Shown piece by piece: positions 37,385-46,900 of a DNA stretch of 64,000 nucleotides. Source of the DNA: Clostridiales bacterium (GTDB lineage: Bacteria; Bacillota; Clostridia; Oscillospirales; Oscillospiraceae). The stretch's first letter is position 1. Every line of letters begins with the position of its first letter. The position numbers and the translations under genes are program-made. The notes beneath the pieces were generated by a model. That model did not search any database, was not told where the DNA came from, and saw only the letters and a program-made list of their open reading frames with translations. Location of the stretch: assembly GCA_022787565.1 (NCBI GenBank), contig JALFVN010000073.1:24265-88264 (forward strand), in the 5' to 3' direction.

Positions 37385-38497
37385 TTATATCCTGTCTTTG
37401 AATTTCCCGATGATGGCCTCGGCAATACGTTCGCTGGCGTGGCCGTCGCCGTAGGGGTTGGAGGCCCGGCTCATGCGCCGGTACTCCTCTTCGTCTGTCA
37501 GCAGGCGGCAGGTCTCCCGGTAGATAGCTTCCTCGTCGGTGCCCACCAGCTTCAGCGTGCCGGCATCGATGCCCTCGGGCCGTTCGGTGGTGTCCCGCAG
37601 GACCAGAACGGGCTTGCCCAGAGAGGGGGCCTCCTCCTGAATGCCGCCGCTGTCCGTCAGAATAAGGTGCGCACGGTTTTCAAAATTGTGGCAGTCAAAA
37701 ACCTCCAGCGGCTCGATCAGCCGGATGCGCTCACAGCCGTCAAAGATCTCGTGGGCAACCTGCCGCACGGCGGGGTTCCGGTGGATGGGGTAGAGCACCT
37801 TTACGTCAGGGAATTCCTCCACAACGCGGCGCACGCCCCGGAAAATGTTCCGCATAGGCTGGCCCAGATTCTCCCGCCGATGGGCGGTGAGCAGGATGAG
37901 CCGCTCGTTTTCGCCGATCCAGTTAAGCTCCGGGTGGGTATAATCCTCCCGGACGGTGGTTGCCATGGCGTCGATGACGGTGTTGCCGGTGACATAGATC
38001 TTCTCCGGGCCCACGTTCTCCCGCAGCAGGTTCTCCCGGCTCAATGCAGTGGGGGCGAAGAACATGTCCGTCAGCCGGTCCACCATCTGCCGGTTCATCT
38101 CTTCCGGGTAGGGGCTGTACTTATTGTCGGTGCGAAGGCCGGCCTCCACATGGCCGATGGCCACCTGCTGGTAAAAGGCGGCCAGAGCCCCGGCAAAGGT
38201 GGTGGTAGTATCCCCATGGACGAGGATGAGATCGGGCCTTGCCTCTTTGATCACGGCCTCCAGCCCCAGCAGGGCGGCGGTAGTGATGTCGGACAGGGTC
38301 TGGCCCTGCTTCATGATGTTCAGGTCGTAGTCCGGCCGGATGGCAAAGGTGTCCAGCACCTGGTCCAGCATCTCCCGGTGCTGGGCGGTGACGCAGACGA
38401 TGGACTGTATCTCCTCCCGGCGCTCCAGCTCCTTTACCAGAGGAGCCATTTTGATGGCCTCCGGCCGGGTGCCGAAAATGCTCATTACTTTGATCAT
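37385..38497 (-). CDS. wecB: UDP-N-acetylglucosamine 2-epimerase (non-hydrolysing)
   Basis: Internal ATG at 38497 (MIKVMSIFGTRPEAIKMAPL); the 37-aa track extension is rejected. Motifs: HGDTTT, LTDSGGIQEEAPSLGKPVLVLR. Confidence 0.92.
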   Translation of the reverse strand: MIKVMSIFGTRPEAIKMAPLVKELERREEIQSIVCVTAQHREMLDQVLDTFAIRPDYDLNIMKQGQTLSDITTAALLGLEAVIKEARPDLILVHGDTTTTFAGALAAFYQQVAIGHVEAGLRTDNKYSPYPEEMNRQMVDRLTDMFFAPTALSRENLLRENVGPEKIYVTGNTVIDAMATTVREDYTHPELNWIGENERLILLTAHRRENLGQPMRNIFRGVRRVVEEFPDVKVLYPIHRNPAVRQVAHEIFDGCERIRLIEPLEVFDCHNFENRAHLILTDSGGIQEEAPSLGKPVLVLRDTTERPEGIDAGTLKLVGTDEEAIYRETCRLLTDEEEYRRMSRASNPYGDGHASERIAEAIIGKFKDRI

Positions 38498-38498
38498 T

Positions 38499-39779
38499 TT
38501 AATTTTCCTCTCCTTGTATGGCTTCGCAGAGCTGTTTTGCCTCCAGCATGCAGTCCTCCATGGAACAGTAGGTCCAGCCGCCGTAACGGCCGATGGTATA
38601 GATCCCATAACCGGAAAGCTCCTGCTTAAGTTGCTTTATGCTGCGGTCAACATCGGTGCTGATATGTACATAGGCGGGATCCATAATGATGGCCGCATAG
38701 GCTTCAAGGCAGTTGTCTGCCTCCAGAATACCGTGCCTGCGCAGGTTCTGCAAAGTGAACTCCAGCTGGGCGTCCACATCGATCAGGGCATCCCTGGGGT
38801 AGCCGATCTCAATGTACATGCTCAGCTTGTCGGCGTCCAGAATGTTGTCATAGAAGCCTATACGGTAATAGTTGGCGTCCTTTTCGGGGATGTAGATCCA
38901 GTGCTCGTCCTTCATGGGGGACTTTTTGCTGAAGCCCAGGTTGAATACCAGAACCTTGTTGTACGAAAGTCTGTTTTTCAGCGCGTCATAGCGGCTGTTG
39001 GAAAACAGAGGGAGGAAGCTGTTCAGCGGAGAACTGTTGATCAGATAATCAAAGTGGTAGCGCTGGCCCATGTTGTCCACTGCCGTCCTGCTCTCCGGAT
39101 CAACAGACACCAGCTCCCGGCCGCAGAGTACCCTGCTGCTGTCGAGCCGGCGGTACAGGATGTCGATAAAGGAGCCTGCGCCGTTTTTGGGGTACATGAA
39201 GCTGCTGTTGTAAGAATTGTCCTTCTCACGCTTCATGTTCGCAATGATCTGGGGAATATCGGCGTAGGGGAAGAAACGGCCCATAGCATCCTTGTCCAGC
39301 GTCCGCAGATCGCAGGCATAAAGCTTTTCGTTGTAGGGCTTGAGGAATTTCTCCACAATGGATTTTCCGAACTTGCCATACAGCATGTCCAGAAAGCTGT
39401 CGTACTCCGGCTTTTCCTCCTTGTTGAACAGGTCGTAAAGGCAGTCGATAAATTCATCCTTTTCCAGCTGGTGGATATTGGTCTGGAAGGGATAGTCGAT
39501 CAGTGCGCCTTTGTAAAGGATCTTGGTGCATTTGTCCTTGCGGATAATGTCCTGGGGGGCCACGTTGTCCGTGAAGAGCTTTTTAAACTCCTCGGTTTTA
39601 AAGTGGAAGAAATGACCGGCATAGTCCCAGATATAGTCGCCCTGGCGGATGGTGCGGCAGTATCCGCCCACCTCGTCACATTTTTCAAGGATGAGATAAT
39701 CGTCCTTCAGGGTATTTGCCGCCGTGAGCCCGGAGATCCCGGCACCCACGATCAGATATTTTACATGTTTATCGCCCAT
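38499..39779 (-). CDS. FAD-dependent oxidoreductase, UDP-galactopyranose mutase-like
   Basis: 426 aa with the dinucleotide-binding IVGAGISGLTAA and GGYCRT...WDYAGHFFH. The glycan-locus context fits this call. Confidence 0.5.
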   Translation of the reverse strand: MGDKHVKYLIVGAGISGLTAANTLKDDYLILEKCDEVGGYCRTIRQGDYIWDYAGHFFHFKTEEFKKLFTDNVAPQDIIRKDKCTKILYKGALIDYPFQTNIHQLEKDEFIDCLYDLFNKEEKPEYDSFLDMLYGKFGKSIVEKFLKPYNEKLYACDLRTLDKDAMGRFFPYADIPQIIANMKREKDNSYNSSFMYPKNGAGSFIDILYRRLDSSRVLCGRELVSVDPESRTAVDNMGQRYHFDYLINSSPLNSFLPLFSNSRYDALKNRLSYNKVLVFNLGFSKKSPMKDEHWIYIPEKDANYYRIGFYDNILDADKLSMYIEIGYPRDALIDVDAQLEFTLQNLRRHGILEADNCLEAYAAIIMDPAYVHISTDVDRSIKQLKQELSGYGIYTIGRYGGWTYCSMEDCMLEAKQLCEAIQGEEN

Positions 39780-41049
39780 ACAGCTCTCCGATCACTTTTT
39801 CGTCAAAGGCTTTTGCAACGTTTTTCGACTCGAATGTACGGATGTATTCCCTGTCGGGATGGACCTCATAGCCCTGATAGATGATCAGGTACAGATACTG
39901 CTTGATCTCATTTGCGCTGAAGGACAGCACTAACTCGCCCGCTTTTCGGAGAACTTCGTTCACATCGCCCTTCTGCATGGAGATGGACATGATGCTTCTG
40001 CCTGCGCCGAAATAATCGGCAATTTTTCCGGCGAAGAAGATGTTTTCGTCGGTCACAAGACCGATATTGCCGTCAATGTTGATGAGCCAGTCTGCGTCCA
40101 CCATTGCCTGAAGGCTTTCCAGGTAAGAAATGGGCTTTTCCACCCTGACCACATCCAACAGGCTGTTGCGCATGATATACACCAGATCCCCGTCAGACAT
40201 ATCGCCGTAGAAAACAAATTCTGCCCGCTGGGGAAGATCGTCCATACTCTCTTTCAGCTCTTTGATCGCAGAGAGCAGAGGGTAGGCAGTACGGATGCAG
40301 TTGAGCTGGCCGATGAACACGAAACGCAGCTTCCTGTCTCCGTCCGGCCTGCCGGCGGACTTCAGGTTATCATACATGCTCTCGTCGTAGCTGTGACGGA
40401 TAATGACCGATTTGTCCAGTACAGACTGGCTGGGGGACATGTATTTCTGCTGGGACTCGTTGTTGAAAATGATCTTGTCTGCCAGAGCCATGGTCGTGTC
40501 TTCAATTTCGGCAAGCTGCTTGCGGAATTTGAGGCTGAAACGGTGGCGGAGATCCCAGTATATCGTTTTGAGAATACGTTTCGGGGACAGCTTAAAGGAA
40601 AGACCCTTATCATGATTGATTTTGTTCTTCAGGGAGAAGTAGCAGAAAAGAGAGCAATCGATATGCTGGTAGGGATTGTTCTTAACCGGATCGCCGAAAG
40701 AGGCGATCCATTTCACTTCGGGGAATTCTTTCTTGATGCGTATTCCCACCTCGTGGGACTCCTGGGGCATGGAGCGGGTCATGACGCAGTCATACTGATC
40801 CCGATTTTCTCTGAAATACTGGAAGGCCTCCTCTTTCCAGATGCTGATATCCTTGCTTTTGGCAAAAACAGAGCGGACATTGGCCTGGTTTTTAAACTCC
40901 ATGTTGTCGCCATAGGACCAGGATGTGACATTTTTCTGGGTAAAGACGTCGTATTCAAACTGAGAATTGTTGAGCAGTTTGAATGTAACAAGCCCCTCGG
41001 AGGAATTGATGGGGGGATAAAACCAGCTTATCACCAAAATTTTCTTCAT
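39769..41049 (-). CDS. Putative glycosyltransferase (GT-B-like)
   Basis: 426-aa ORF with a GAGGTG RBS. Begins MKKILVISWFYPPINSSEG, which is GT4-like. AT-richer than the window average. Confidence 0.5.
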   Translation of the reverse strand: MKKILVISWFYPPINSSEGLVTFKLLNNSQFEYDVFTQKNVTSWSYGDNMEFKNQANVRSVFAKSKDISIWKEEAFQYFRENRDQYDCVMTRSMPQESHEVGIRIKKEFPEVKWIASFGDPVKNNPYQHIDCSLFCYFSLKNKINHDKGLSFKLSPKRILKTIYWDLRHRFSLKFRKQLAEIEDTTMALADKIIFNNESQQKYMSPSQSVLDKSVIIRHSYDESMYDNLKSAGRPDGDRKLRFVFIGQLNCIRTAYPLLSAIKELKESMDDLPQRAEFVFYGDMSDGDLVYIMRNSLLDVVRVEKPISYLESLQAMVDADWLINIDGNIGLVTDENIFFAGKIADYFGAGRSIMSISMQKGDVNEVLRKAGELVLSFSANEIKQYLYLIIYQGYEVHPDREYIRTFESKNVAKAFDEKVIGELYGR

Positions 41050-41058
41050 ATCTGCACC

Positions 41059-42093
41059 TCAACTTCTCTTCAGCTTGCCGCGAACTTTGCGCGCAAAAAC
41101 AAGCAGCTTCGTGAAAAAGGTATTGAAAAACCGCACGTTGATGTACCTGAGCCGCCGGGAAAAATGTATGTAGGGGAAAACATCCACCATCTGGTAAAGG
41201 TCGGGGGCGGTGTTTTTCAGATAGGTGTCAAAGTCTTTGATCGTCCTGTAAGCAAGCCGGCGGTCCTTCAGCTTGTTGCACACCAGATCCATGTGGGTGT
41301 AGAACATGAAATAGATGAGCAGCGACATGTACTCTTTTACGTTTTTGCTGACCTTCTCCCTGAATGACACATAATATTCAATAAGGAAGCTGAGTACATT
41401 CTGGTGATTGGGGAGGTTGCGCAGAAGATTTTCCTGGCTCATACTCTGATTCGGCCTGCCCATAAAGTAGCGGTAGACATGATAATCCAGGAAATGCACG
41501 GTTTTCAGATAAGGGATAGGGTAAATGTTATACTGCATATCCACATAAAAGCTTTTTTCAAAAAGCTTCAGGCCGGATTTATGCAGGATCTCCAGCTTGT
41601 ATGTTGAGGAGGCCATAGTGTAGTAAGTCTTGGACTCGTCAAACACAAGCTCGTCCACAGAATAGACTTGATCGTGGGTAAAGAATTCGTAATTATAGGG
41701 GACTACCGTGCCGTTGTATACATATTCCTGCGTATACGGGGTTACGATCAGGTCCTCGTCACATGCGGAAAGCGCTTTCAGATATTTAATAAATTCCGGC
41801 GTGTCGAACCAGTCGTCGCTATCCAGAACACGAAAATATTTTCCTGTGGCTGCCTTCAGCGCGGCATTGATGGTAGAGCCGTGTCCGCCGTTTTCCTTGT
41901 CGATAAAAACAATGTTTTCCGGGAAGCGGGCCTGATATTCCCTGATGATCTCAGGCGAGCTGTCCTTACTGCCGTCATTGACGATGATAAGCTCGATATA
42001 AGGCAGTGCTTCCTGCACAAGGACAGAATCAAGACATCGTCTGATATAATCCTCCGTGTTATACACCGGAATGGCAATAGAAAGTGTTTTCAT
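41059..42093 (-). CDS. Glycosyltransferase family 2
   Basis: 344 aa with LSIAIPVYNTEDYIRRCLDSV, IVNDGSKD and the LDSDDW (DXD) motif. Confidence 0.85.
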   Translation of the reverse strand: MKTLSIAIPVYNTEDYIRRCLDSVLVQEALPYIELIIVNDGSKDSSPEIIREYQARFPENIVFIDKENGGHGSTINAALKAATGKYFRVLDSDDWFDTPEFIKYLKALSACDEDLIVTPYTQEYVYNGTVVPYNYEFFTHDQVYSVDELVFDESKTYYTMASSTYKLEILHKSGLKLFEKSFYVDMQYNIYPIPYLKTVHFLDYHVYRYFMGRPNQSMSQENLLRNLPNHQNVLSFLIEYYVSFREKVSKNVKEYMSLLIYFMFYTHMDLVCNKLKDRRLAYRTIKDFDTYLKNTAPDLYQMVDVFPYIHFSRRLRYINVRFFNTFFTKLLVFARKVRGKLKRS

Positions 42094-42130
42094 TTTCTCT
42101 TTTCCTTTCAGGCTCAGATCTGTTTTATAG

Positions 42131-42892
42131 TCAGGATTGTTTCAATAAATGATTCACGTAATTATTGCAGATTTCCTCCGCGTTTCCACAGGCAAGGACA
42201 TGCCCGTGATCCAGCCAGATCACCCGGTCAGAGAGCTTTTTGATGGACTCGACAGAGTGGGACACATAGAGAACGGTGGTGCCGCCCTTGATCATGCTGA
42301 GCATTTTTTCTTCGCTCTTGGCCTGAAAAGCAAGGTCGCCCACCGAAAGGATCTCGTCCACGATCAGGATCTCCGGGTCGACGATAGTGGCTACGGAAAA
42401 AGCCAACCTGGCCACCATACCGGAGGAGAAATTCCGTACCGGTACTTCCAGAAAATCGTGCAGCTCGGAAAAGTCCACGATCTCGTCAAACTTGCTCTCG
42501 ATAAAGGCCCTGGAATAGCCCATGACGGCGCCGTTGAGAAAAATGTTCTCCCGGGCAGTCAGGTCCATGTCAAAGCCCGCGCCCAGTTCAATCATGGGAC
42601 AGATGTTGCCGTAAGAAGAGATGCCGCCCTTTGTAGGCTTGAGCACCCCCGCCACGATCTTCAGCAAGGTGGATTTTCCCGCGCCGTTGGAGCCGATCAG
42701 GCCGACTACCTCGCCGCGCTTTACTTCAAAGCTCACGTCCGTCAGGGCCCAGAACTCGTTGAGGGCCTTTTTCTGCTGCCGCTTTTCCGGGTTGAACAGA
42801 TCCACAAAACCCTGTTTGAGAGAGAAACCCTTGTCAATGCCCAGGTTGAAGCGCATGGACACGTTTTCTGCTTTTACCATGATATCTTCCAT
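42131..42892 (-). CDS. Polysaccharide/teichoic-acid export ABC transporter ATP-binding protein (TagH/Wzt-like)
   Basis: Internal ATG at 42892 (MEDIMVKAENVSMRF). Walker A GSNGAGKST, signature FSSGMVARL and Walker B ILIVDE are present. The 77-aa track extension is rejected. Confidence 0.85.
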   Translation of the reverse strand: MEDIMVKAENVSMRFNLGIDKGFSLKQGFVDLFNPEKRQQKKALNEFWALTDVSFEVKRGEVVGLIGSNGAGKSTLLKIVAGVLKPTKGGISSYGNICPMIELGAGFDMDLTARENIFLNGAVMGYSRAFIESKFDEIVDFSELHDFLEVPVRNFSSGMVARLAFSVATIVDPEILIVDEILSVGDLAFQAKSEEKMLSMIKGGTTVLYVSHSVESIKKLSDRVIWLDHGHVLACGNAEEICNNYVNHLLKQS

Positions 42893-42908
42893 TGCCGATG
42901 CTCCTGTG

Positions 42909-43703
42909 TCAAATATAGTAGATGAACTTGTCCTGATTTTTCTTGAAAACAACGGTGCCGACGAGCAAAACCACCAATGCGGAGAGACCGCAGACGATGA
43001 ACTGAAAGCCCGTGGGCGTATTGTGGTAAAGAATGATCGTCCTGGCAAAGTTGATATAATGATACATGGGATTGAGCTTGAGACAAAACTGCAGAATGGG
43101 GTTAGTGATGATGCTGATGTCATACATTATGGGGGTCAGGTAGGTCCAGAGCGTCAGCACGATGCCGTAAATATAGAACATATCCCGCAGAAATACCGCC
43201 ACCGTCGCCAGGAAAAAGCCCATCCCCAGCGTAAACATGAACAGACAGATAAAGGAATAGGGCAGGAAAACATGCTGCCAGCATAAGCCGGTGCCGGTAA
43301 GAAGAATTACCGCATAGAGCGGGATCAAGGTCAACAGAAAATTGATCCCCACAAACAGGCATTTGGTCAGAGGAAAAATATATTTTGGGATATACACCTT
43401 GTTGATCAGACTGAAATTGGCTACGACGGTGCTCATAGACAGGTTTGATGCTTCACTGAAATAGTTGAAATAGGTCAGACCGGTCAGCAGATAGGCAAGG
43501 TAACTGACACCGGGGGTGGTGAATTTAAAAACATTGGAAAAGATGACCGCCATGACCGCCATGGTCAGGACAGGATAGAGCAGGCTCCAGGCGACGCCCA
43601 GAACACTGCGTTTATATTTTACTTTGAAATCCCGGCTCACCAGCTGCTGCATGAGAAAACCGTATTTTTTCAGAGAATAGTTAAGGCTGTTGATGAATTT
43701 CAT
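42909..43703 (-). CDS. ABC-2 type export permease (TagG/Wzm-like)
   Basis: Internal ATG at 43703 (MKFINSLNYSLKKYGFLMQQLVSRDFKVKYKRSVLG), an ABC-2 N-terminal signature, with 6 predicted TM segments. Confidence 0.85.
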   Translation of the reverse strand: MKFINSLNYSLKKYGFLMQQLVSRDFKVKYKRSVLGVAWSLLYPVLTMAVMAVIFSNVFKFTTPGVSYLAYLLTGLTYFNYFSEASNLSMSTVVANFSLINKVYIPKYIFPLTKCLFVGINFLLTLIPLYAVILLTGTGLCWQHVFLPYSFICLFMFTLGMGFFLATVAVFLRDMFYIYGIVLTLWTYLTPIMYDISIITNPILQFCLKLNPMYHYINFARTIILYHNTPTGFQFIVCGLSALVVLLVGTVVFKKNQDKFIYYI

Positions 43704-43871
43704 TTTTTCCTCCAAGAGAGAAACTGACAACAAAAAATTGGCTTTTAACAGTATATCACAATACAATGCTGATTTCTACACTTATTTTACCCTTTCAGGC
43801 TCCGGGGCAAACAGACAGCTTGACCTCTCACCGGCTTTGGGGTATATTACAGAGTGGATTGGAGAAAGCAA

Positions 43872-44843
43872 ATGAAGAAAAGCCTGATTATTTTTGTGAT
43901 ATTGTGCCTTTTGCTCTCCCTCTGCGCCTGCGGCGAAACGCCGGCGGAGAGCGGGGGAGATGGGCTGGATATTGTCTGCACCCTGTTCCCAGCCTACGAT
44001 TTTGCCCGGGAAATTGCCGGGGAAAAGGCCAATGTGACGCTGCTGGTGCCTCCCGGCTCCGAGGCCCACAGCTTTGAACCCACGCCCCAGGACATTATCC
44101 GCATAGAAAACTGCGACCTGCTGATCTGCAACGGCGGAGAGAGCGAGGCCTGGCTGGAGGAGATCCTGGCGGGCCGGGAAAAGGATATTCCCAGCCTTGT
44201 CATGATGGACTGCGTGGACGCCCTGGAAGAGGAGACCAAAGAGGGAATGCAGGGCGTTTCCCATGACCATGAGCATGAGGAGCACGAGGAACACGAAGAG
44301 CACGGGCATGAGGAGGAGTATGACGAGCATGTCTGGACCTCCCCGGTGAACGCTTCGCTGATCGTCTCCGCCCTGTGCGAAAGGCTCTGCGCCATCGACC
44401 CGGAGAACGGCGGCTTTTACCGGGAAAACACCGGCCGCTATCAGGCGGAGCTGCAAAAACTGGACGCCGCCTTCCGAGAGACAGTGAAAAACGGGAAATT
44501 TGACACCCTGATCTTTGCCGACCGCTTCCCCGTGCGCTACTTTGTGGAGGAATACGGTCTGGATTACTACGCCGCCTTTCCCGGCTGCGCCGACGATACG
44601 GAGCCTTCCGCCAGAACGGTGGCCTTTCTTATTGACAAGGTGAGGGATGAGGACATCCCGGCGGTGCTGTTTATTGAATTTTCCAATGAGAAGATGGCCG
44701 ATGTGATCTGCGAGGACACCGGCTGCGAAAAGCTCCTGTTCCATTCCTGCCACAATGTCAGCGCGGACCAGCTGAACGCGGGGACAAGCTATCTGGAGCT
44801 GATGCGGGGAAACCTGGAAAGTCTGAAGGAGGCCCTGGGCTGA
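43872..44843 (+). CDS. znuA: Metal (zinc-type) ABC transporter substrate-binding lipoprotein with His-rich loop
   Basis: Lipobox LLSLCAC, a cluster-A SBP sequence, and an acidic/His-rich insert HDHEHEEHEEHEEHGHEEEYDEH typical of Zn-specific SBPs. Confidence 0.8.
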   Translation: MKKSLIIFVILCLLLSLCACGETPAESGGDGLDIVCTLFPAYDFAREIAGEKANVTLLVPPGSEAHSFEPTPQDIIRIENCDLLICNGGESEAWLEEILAGREKDIPSLVMMDCVDALEEETKEGMQGVSHDHEHEEHEEHEEHGHEEEYDEHVWTSPVNASLIVSALCERLCAIDPENGGFYRENTGRYQAELQKLDAAFRETVKNGKFDTLIFADRFPVRYFVEEYGLDYYAAFPGCADDTEPSARTVAFLIDKVRDEDIPAVLFIEFSNEKMADVICEDTGCEKLLFHSCHNVSADQLNAGTSYLELMRGNLESLKEALG

Positions 44844-45550
44844 TGGCAATATTAAGCTGTGAAAACCTGTCCTTTGCCTATGACGGCAGGACCGTGCTGG
44901 AGGACGTGAACTTCAGCCTGAACGCGGGGGACTACCTCTGCGTGGTGGGGGAGAACGGCTCCGGCAAATCCACCCTCATCAAGGGCCTTCTGGGCCTGAA
45001 AGCGCCCCGGAGCGGCAGCATCACTTTCGGGGAGGACCTGAAAAGCACGGAGATCGGCTATCTGCCCCAGCAGACCCAGCTCCAGCGGGATTTTCCCGCC
45101 AGCGTCTGGGAAGTGGTGCTCTCCGGCTGTCTCAACGGCCTGGACCGCCGGTTGATGTACAATAAGGCGGACAAGGAGCGGGCCAGAATGAACATGGAGC
45201 GCATGGGCATTGAGGACATCCGGGACAAGAGCTATCAGGAGCTGTCCGGCGGCCAGCAGCAGCGTGTGCTTCTGGCCCGGGCTCTCTGCGCCACCAAAAA
45301 GCTCCTGCTGCTGGACGAGCCGGTCACGGGCCTGGACCCCATCGCCACCGGGGAGATGTATAACCTCATCAAGCTGGTGAACCTCTGCGACAACATCACC
45401 GTCATCATGGTCTCTCACGACATCCACGAGGCTGTGCGCTACGCCACCCGGATCCTCCACCTGGGCCACCGGCAGCTGTTTTACGGCAGCTCCGCGGAGT
45501 ATAAGGAGAGCGACCTGGCCCGCCGCTTTTTGGGAGGGAACCGGATATGA
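44843..45550 (+). CDS. znuC: Metal ABC transporter ATP-binding protein
   Basis: 235 aa with Walker A GENGSGKST, LSGGQQQR and LLLLDEP. Confidence 0.85.
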   Translation: MAILSCENLSFAYDGRTVLEDVNFSLNAGDYLCVVGENGSGKSTLIKGLLGLKAPRSGSITFGEDLKSTEIGYLPQQTQLQRDFPASVWEVVLSGCLNGLDRRLMYNKADKERARMNMERMGIEDIRDKSYQELSGGQQQRVLLARALCATKKLLLLDEPVTGLDPIATGEMYNLIKLVNLCDNITVIMVSHDIHEAVRYATRILHLGHRQLFYGSSAEYKESDLARRFLGGNRI

Positions 45551-46356
45551 GCGAATTTCTGAATATGTTTTCCTACCATTTCATGCAGCGGGCCCTGGCG
45601 GTGGGGGTGCTGGTCAGCCTCTGCGCCGCCCTTCTGGGGGTGCCTCTGGTGCTGAAACGCTATTCCATGATCGGCGACGGCCTTTCTCATGTGGGCTTCG
45701 GCGCCCTGGCCATCGCCTCCGCCTTCAATCTGGCGCCCCTGGCCGTGGCGGTGCCGGTGGTGGTCGTGGCGGCAGTGCTGCTTTTGCGTCTCAGCCGCAG
45801 CAGCAGGCTCAACGGCGACGCGGCCATCGCCATGATCTCCAGCAGCGCCCTGGCCATCGGCGTGATCACCGTGTCTCTCACCAGCGGCATGAACACCGAG
45901 GTGTCCAGCTACATGTTCGGCAGCGTCCTGTCCTTAAGCCGCAGCGACGCGGTGCTCAGCGTGATTTTGTCCGTTGCGGTGCTGGCCCTGTTCATCCTGT
46001 TTTATCCCCGAATCTTCGCCGTCACCTTTGACGAGACCTTCAGCCGGGCCACCGGCACGAAAACCGAGCTTTACAACATGCTTCTCGCTGTGCTCACCGC
46101 CGTCACCGTGGTGCTGGGCATGCGGATGATGGGGGCGCTGCTGATCTCTAGCCTGATCATCTTCCCGGCCCTCTCCGCCATGCGGGTGTGCAAAAGCTTT
46201 AAAGGGGTGGTGCTCTGCGCGGCTGCCGTTTCCGTGGTCTGCTTTCTGGCAGGCGTCACCGCATCCTACTTTCTGGAGACCCCCACCGGGGCCAGCGTTG
46301 TGGTGACGGACCTGATCGCCTACGGCCTGTTCTCCCTTCCGGGAACAAAAAAATAA
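45547..46356 (+). CDS. znuB: Metal ABC transporter permease
   Basis: 269-aa polytopic ORF in the ABC-3 family, overlapping the znuC stop. Confidence 0.85.
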   Translation: MSEFLNMFSYHFMQRALAVGVLVSLCAALLGVPLVLKRYSMIGDGLSHVGFGALAIASAFNLAPLAVAVPVVVVAAVLLLRLSRSSRLNGDAAIAMISSSALAIGVITVSLTSGMNTEVSSYMFGSVLSLSRSDAVLSVILSVAVLALFILFYPRIFAVTFDETFSRATGTKTELYNMLLAVLTAVTVVLGMRMMGALLISSLIIFPALSAMRVCKSFKGVVLCAAAVSVVCFLAGVTASYFLETPTGASVVVTDLIAYGLFSLPGTKK

Positions 46357-46380
46357 AGAGTCCTTCACTGAATGAAAACC

Positions 46381-46650
46381 AACGGGCGGTCCTGCGTGGC
46401 CGCCCGTTTCCGCTTGTCAAAAAAAGTCCTTTCAGGGCTTTTTTGACCGCTTCAACCGCCGAGCGTTTTGAAAAATTCAAAACGCTGCTTCGCCCAAAAA
46501 ACTTGAAAAATCAAGTTTTTTGGCGGCGGGTTATTGTAATGCGAGGTGGGTCTTAACCCCCTCGCGCTCCCCCGTGGCTCTGTTATCGACGAAAAAGCAT
46601 AGTTTTTTGACAGTCTCCAACGGGCGGCCCTGCGTGGCCGCCCGTTTTTT
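46381..46650 (+). mobile_element. Family-C element copy 2, flanked by duplicated hairpin aacgggcgg(t/c)cctgcgtggccgcccgtt
   Basis: The core at 46416-46611 runs GTCAAAAAAAGT...AGTTTTTTGAC. The left flank is 46381-46408 and the right flank is 46619-46646. Only the right copy keeps the T-run (46647-46650). Confidence 0.75.
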
Positions 46651-46656
46651 TCGGGC

Positions 46657-46701
46657 TTCCGACCGCGTCCAACACGGGCCATCGGGGACGTCGGCCCCTA
46701 C
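46657..46701. repeat. Family-D GC-rich palindromic repeat unit (reverse orientation)
   Basis: cttccgaccgcgtccaacacgggccatcggggacgtcggcccctac is the reverse complement, with a few mismatches (roughly 90 percent identity by eye), of 53243-53287. Confidence 0.75.
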
Positions 46702-46900
46702 AAGGCGCTCCCCGCAACCCACTCGTAGGGGAGATTAACGAATCGGCTTTTTCTTTCGATCCTCCCCCGTGTGGGGCGGAAAAACGGGGGCTATTCCGCG
46801 GATAATTCAACGAATATTCATAAATTCCCTGAATAATCCTCTTGAAAATGAATACTATGCAAAGAAAACCGAAAAATTCGAATATTTTTTCAAAAACCTA

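Noticed and set aside
37439-41367. Long plus-strand ORFs (37439-38629, 38340-39884, 40393-41367) opposite wecB, the Glf-like gene and a glycosyltransferase
   Set aside because: They are antisense to genes with strong family signatures. They lack RBSs and give low-complexity products.
43767-43871. Zur/AdcR operator upstream of the znuA-like gene
   Set aside because: I looked for Zur-box-like AT-rich palindromes and for TTAACNNGTTAA. Neither is evident. Only a plausible promoter (TTGACC-17-TATATT) is present, and that is too weak to report as a regulatory site.
46381-46701. Clustered repeats as a possible CRISPR array (also at 52.7-53.3 kb and 55.86-56.06 kb)
   Set aside because: The repeat units belong to different families, are palindromic or inverted rather than direct, are irregularly spaced, and occur scattered across the window. 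No cas genes are present.
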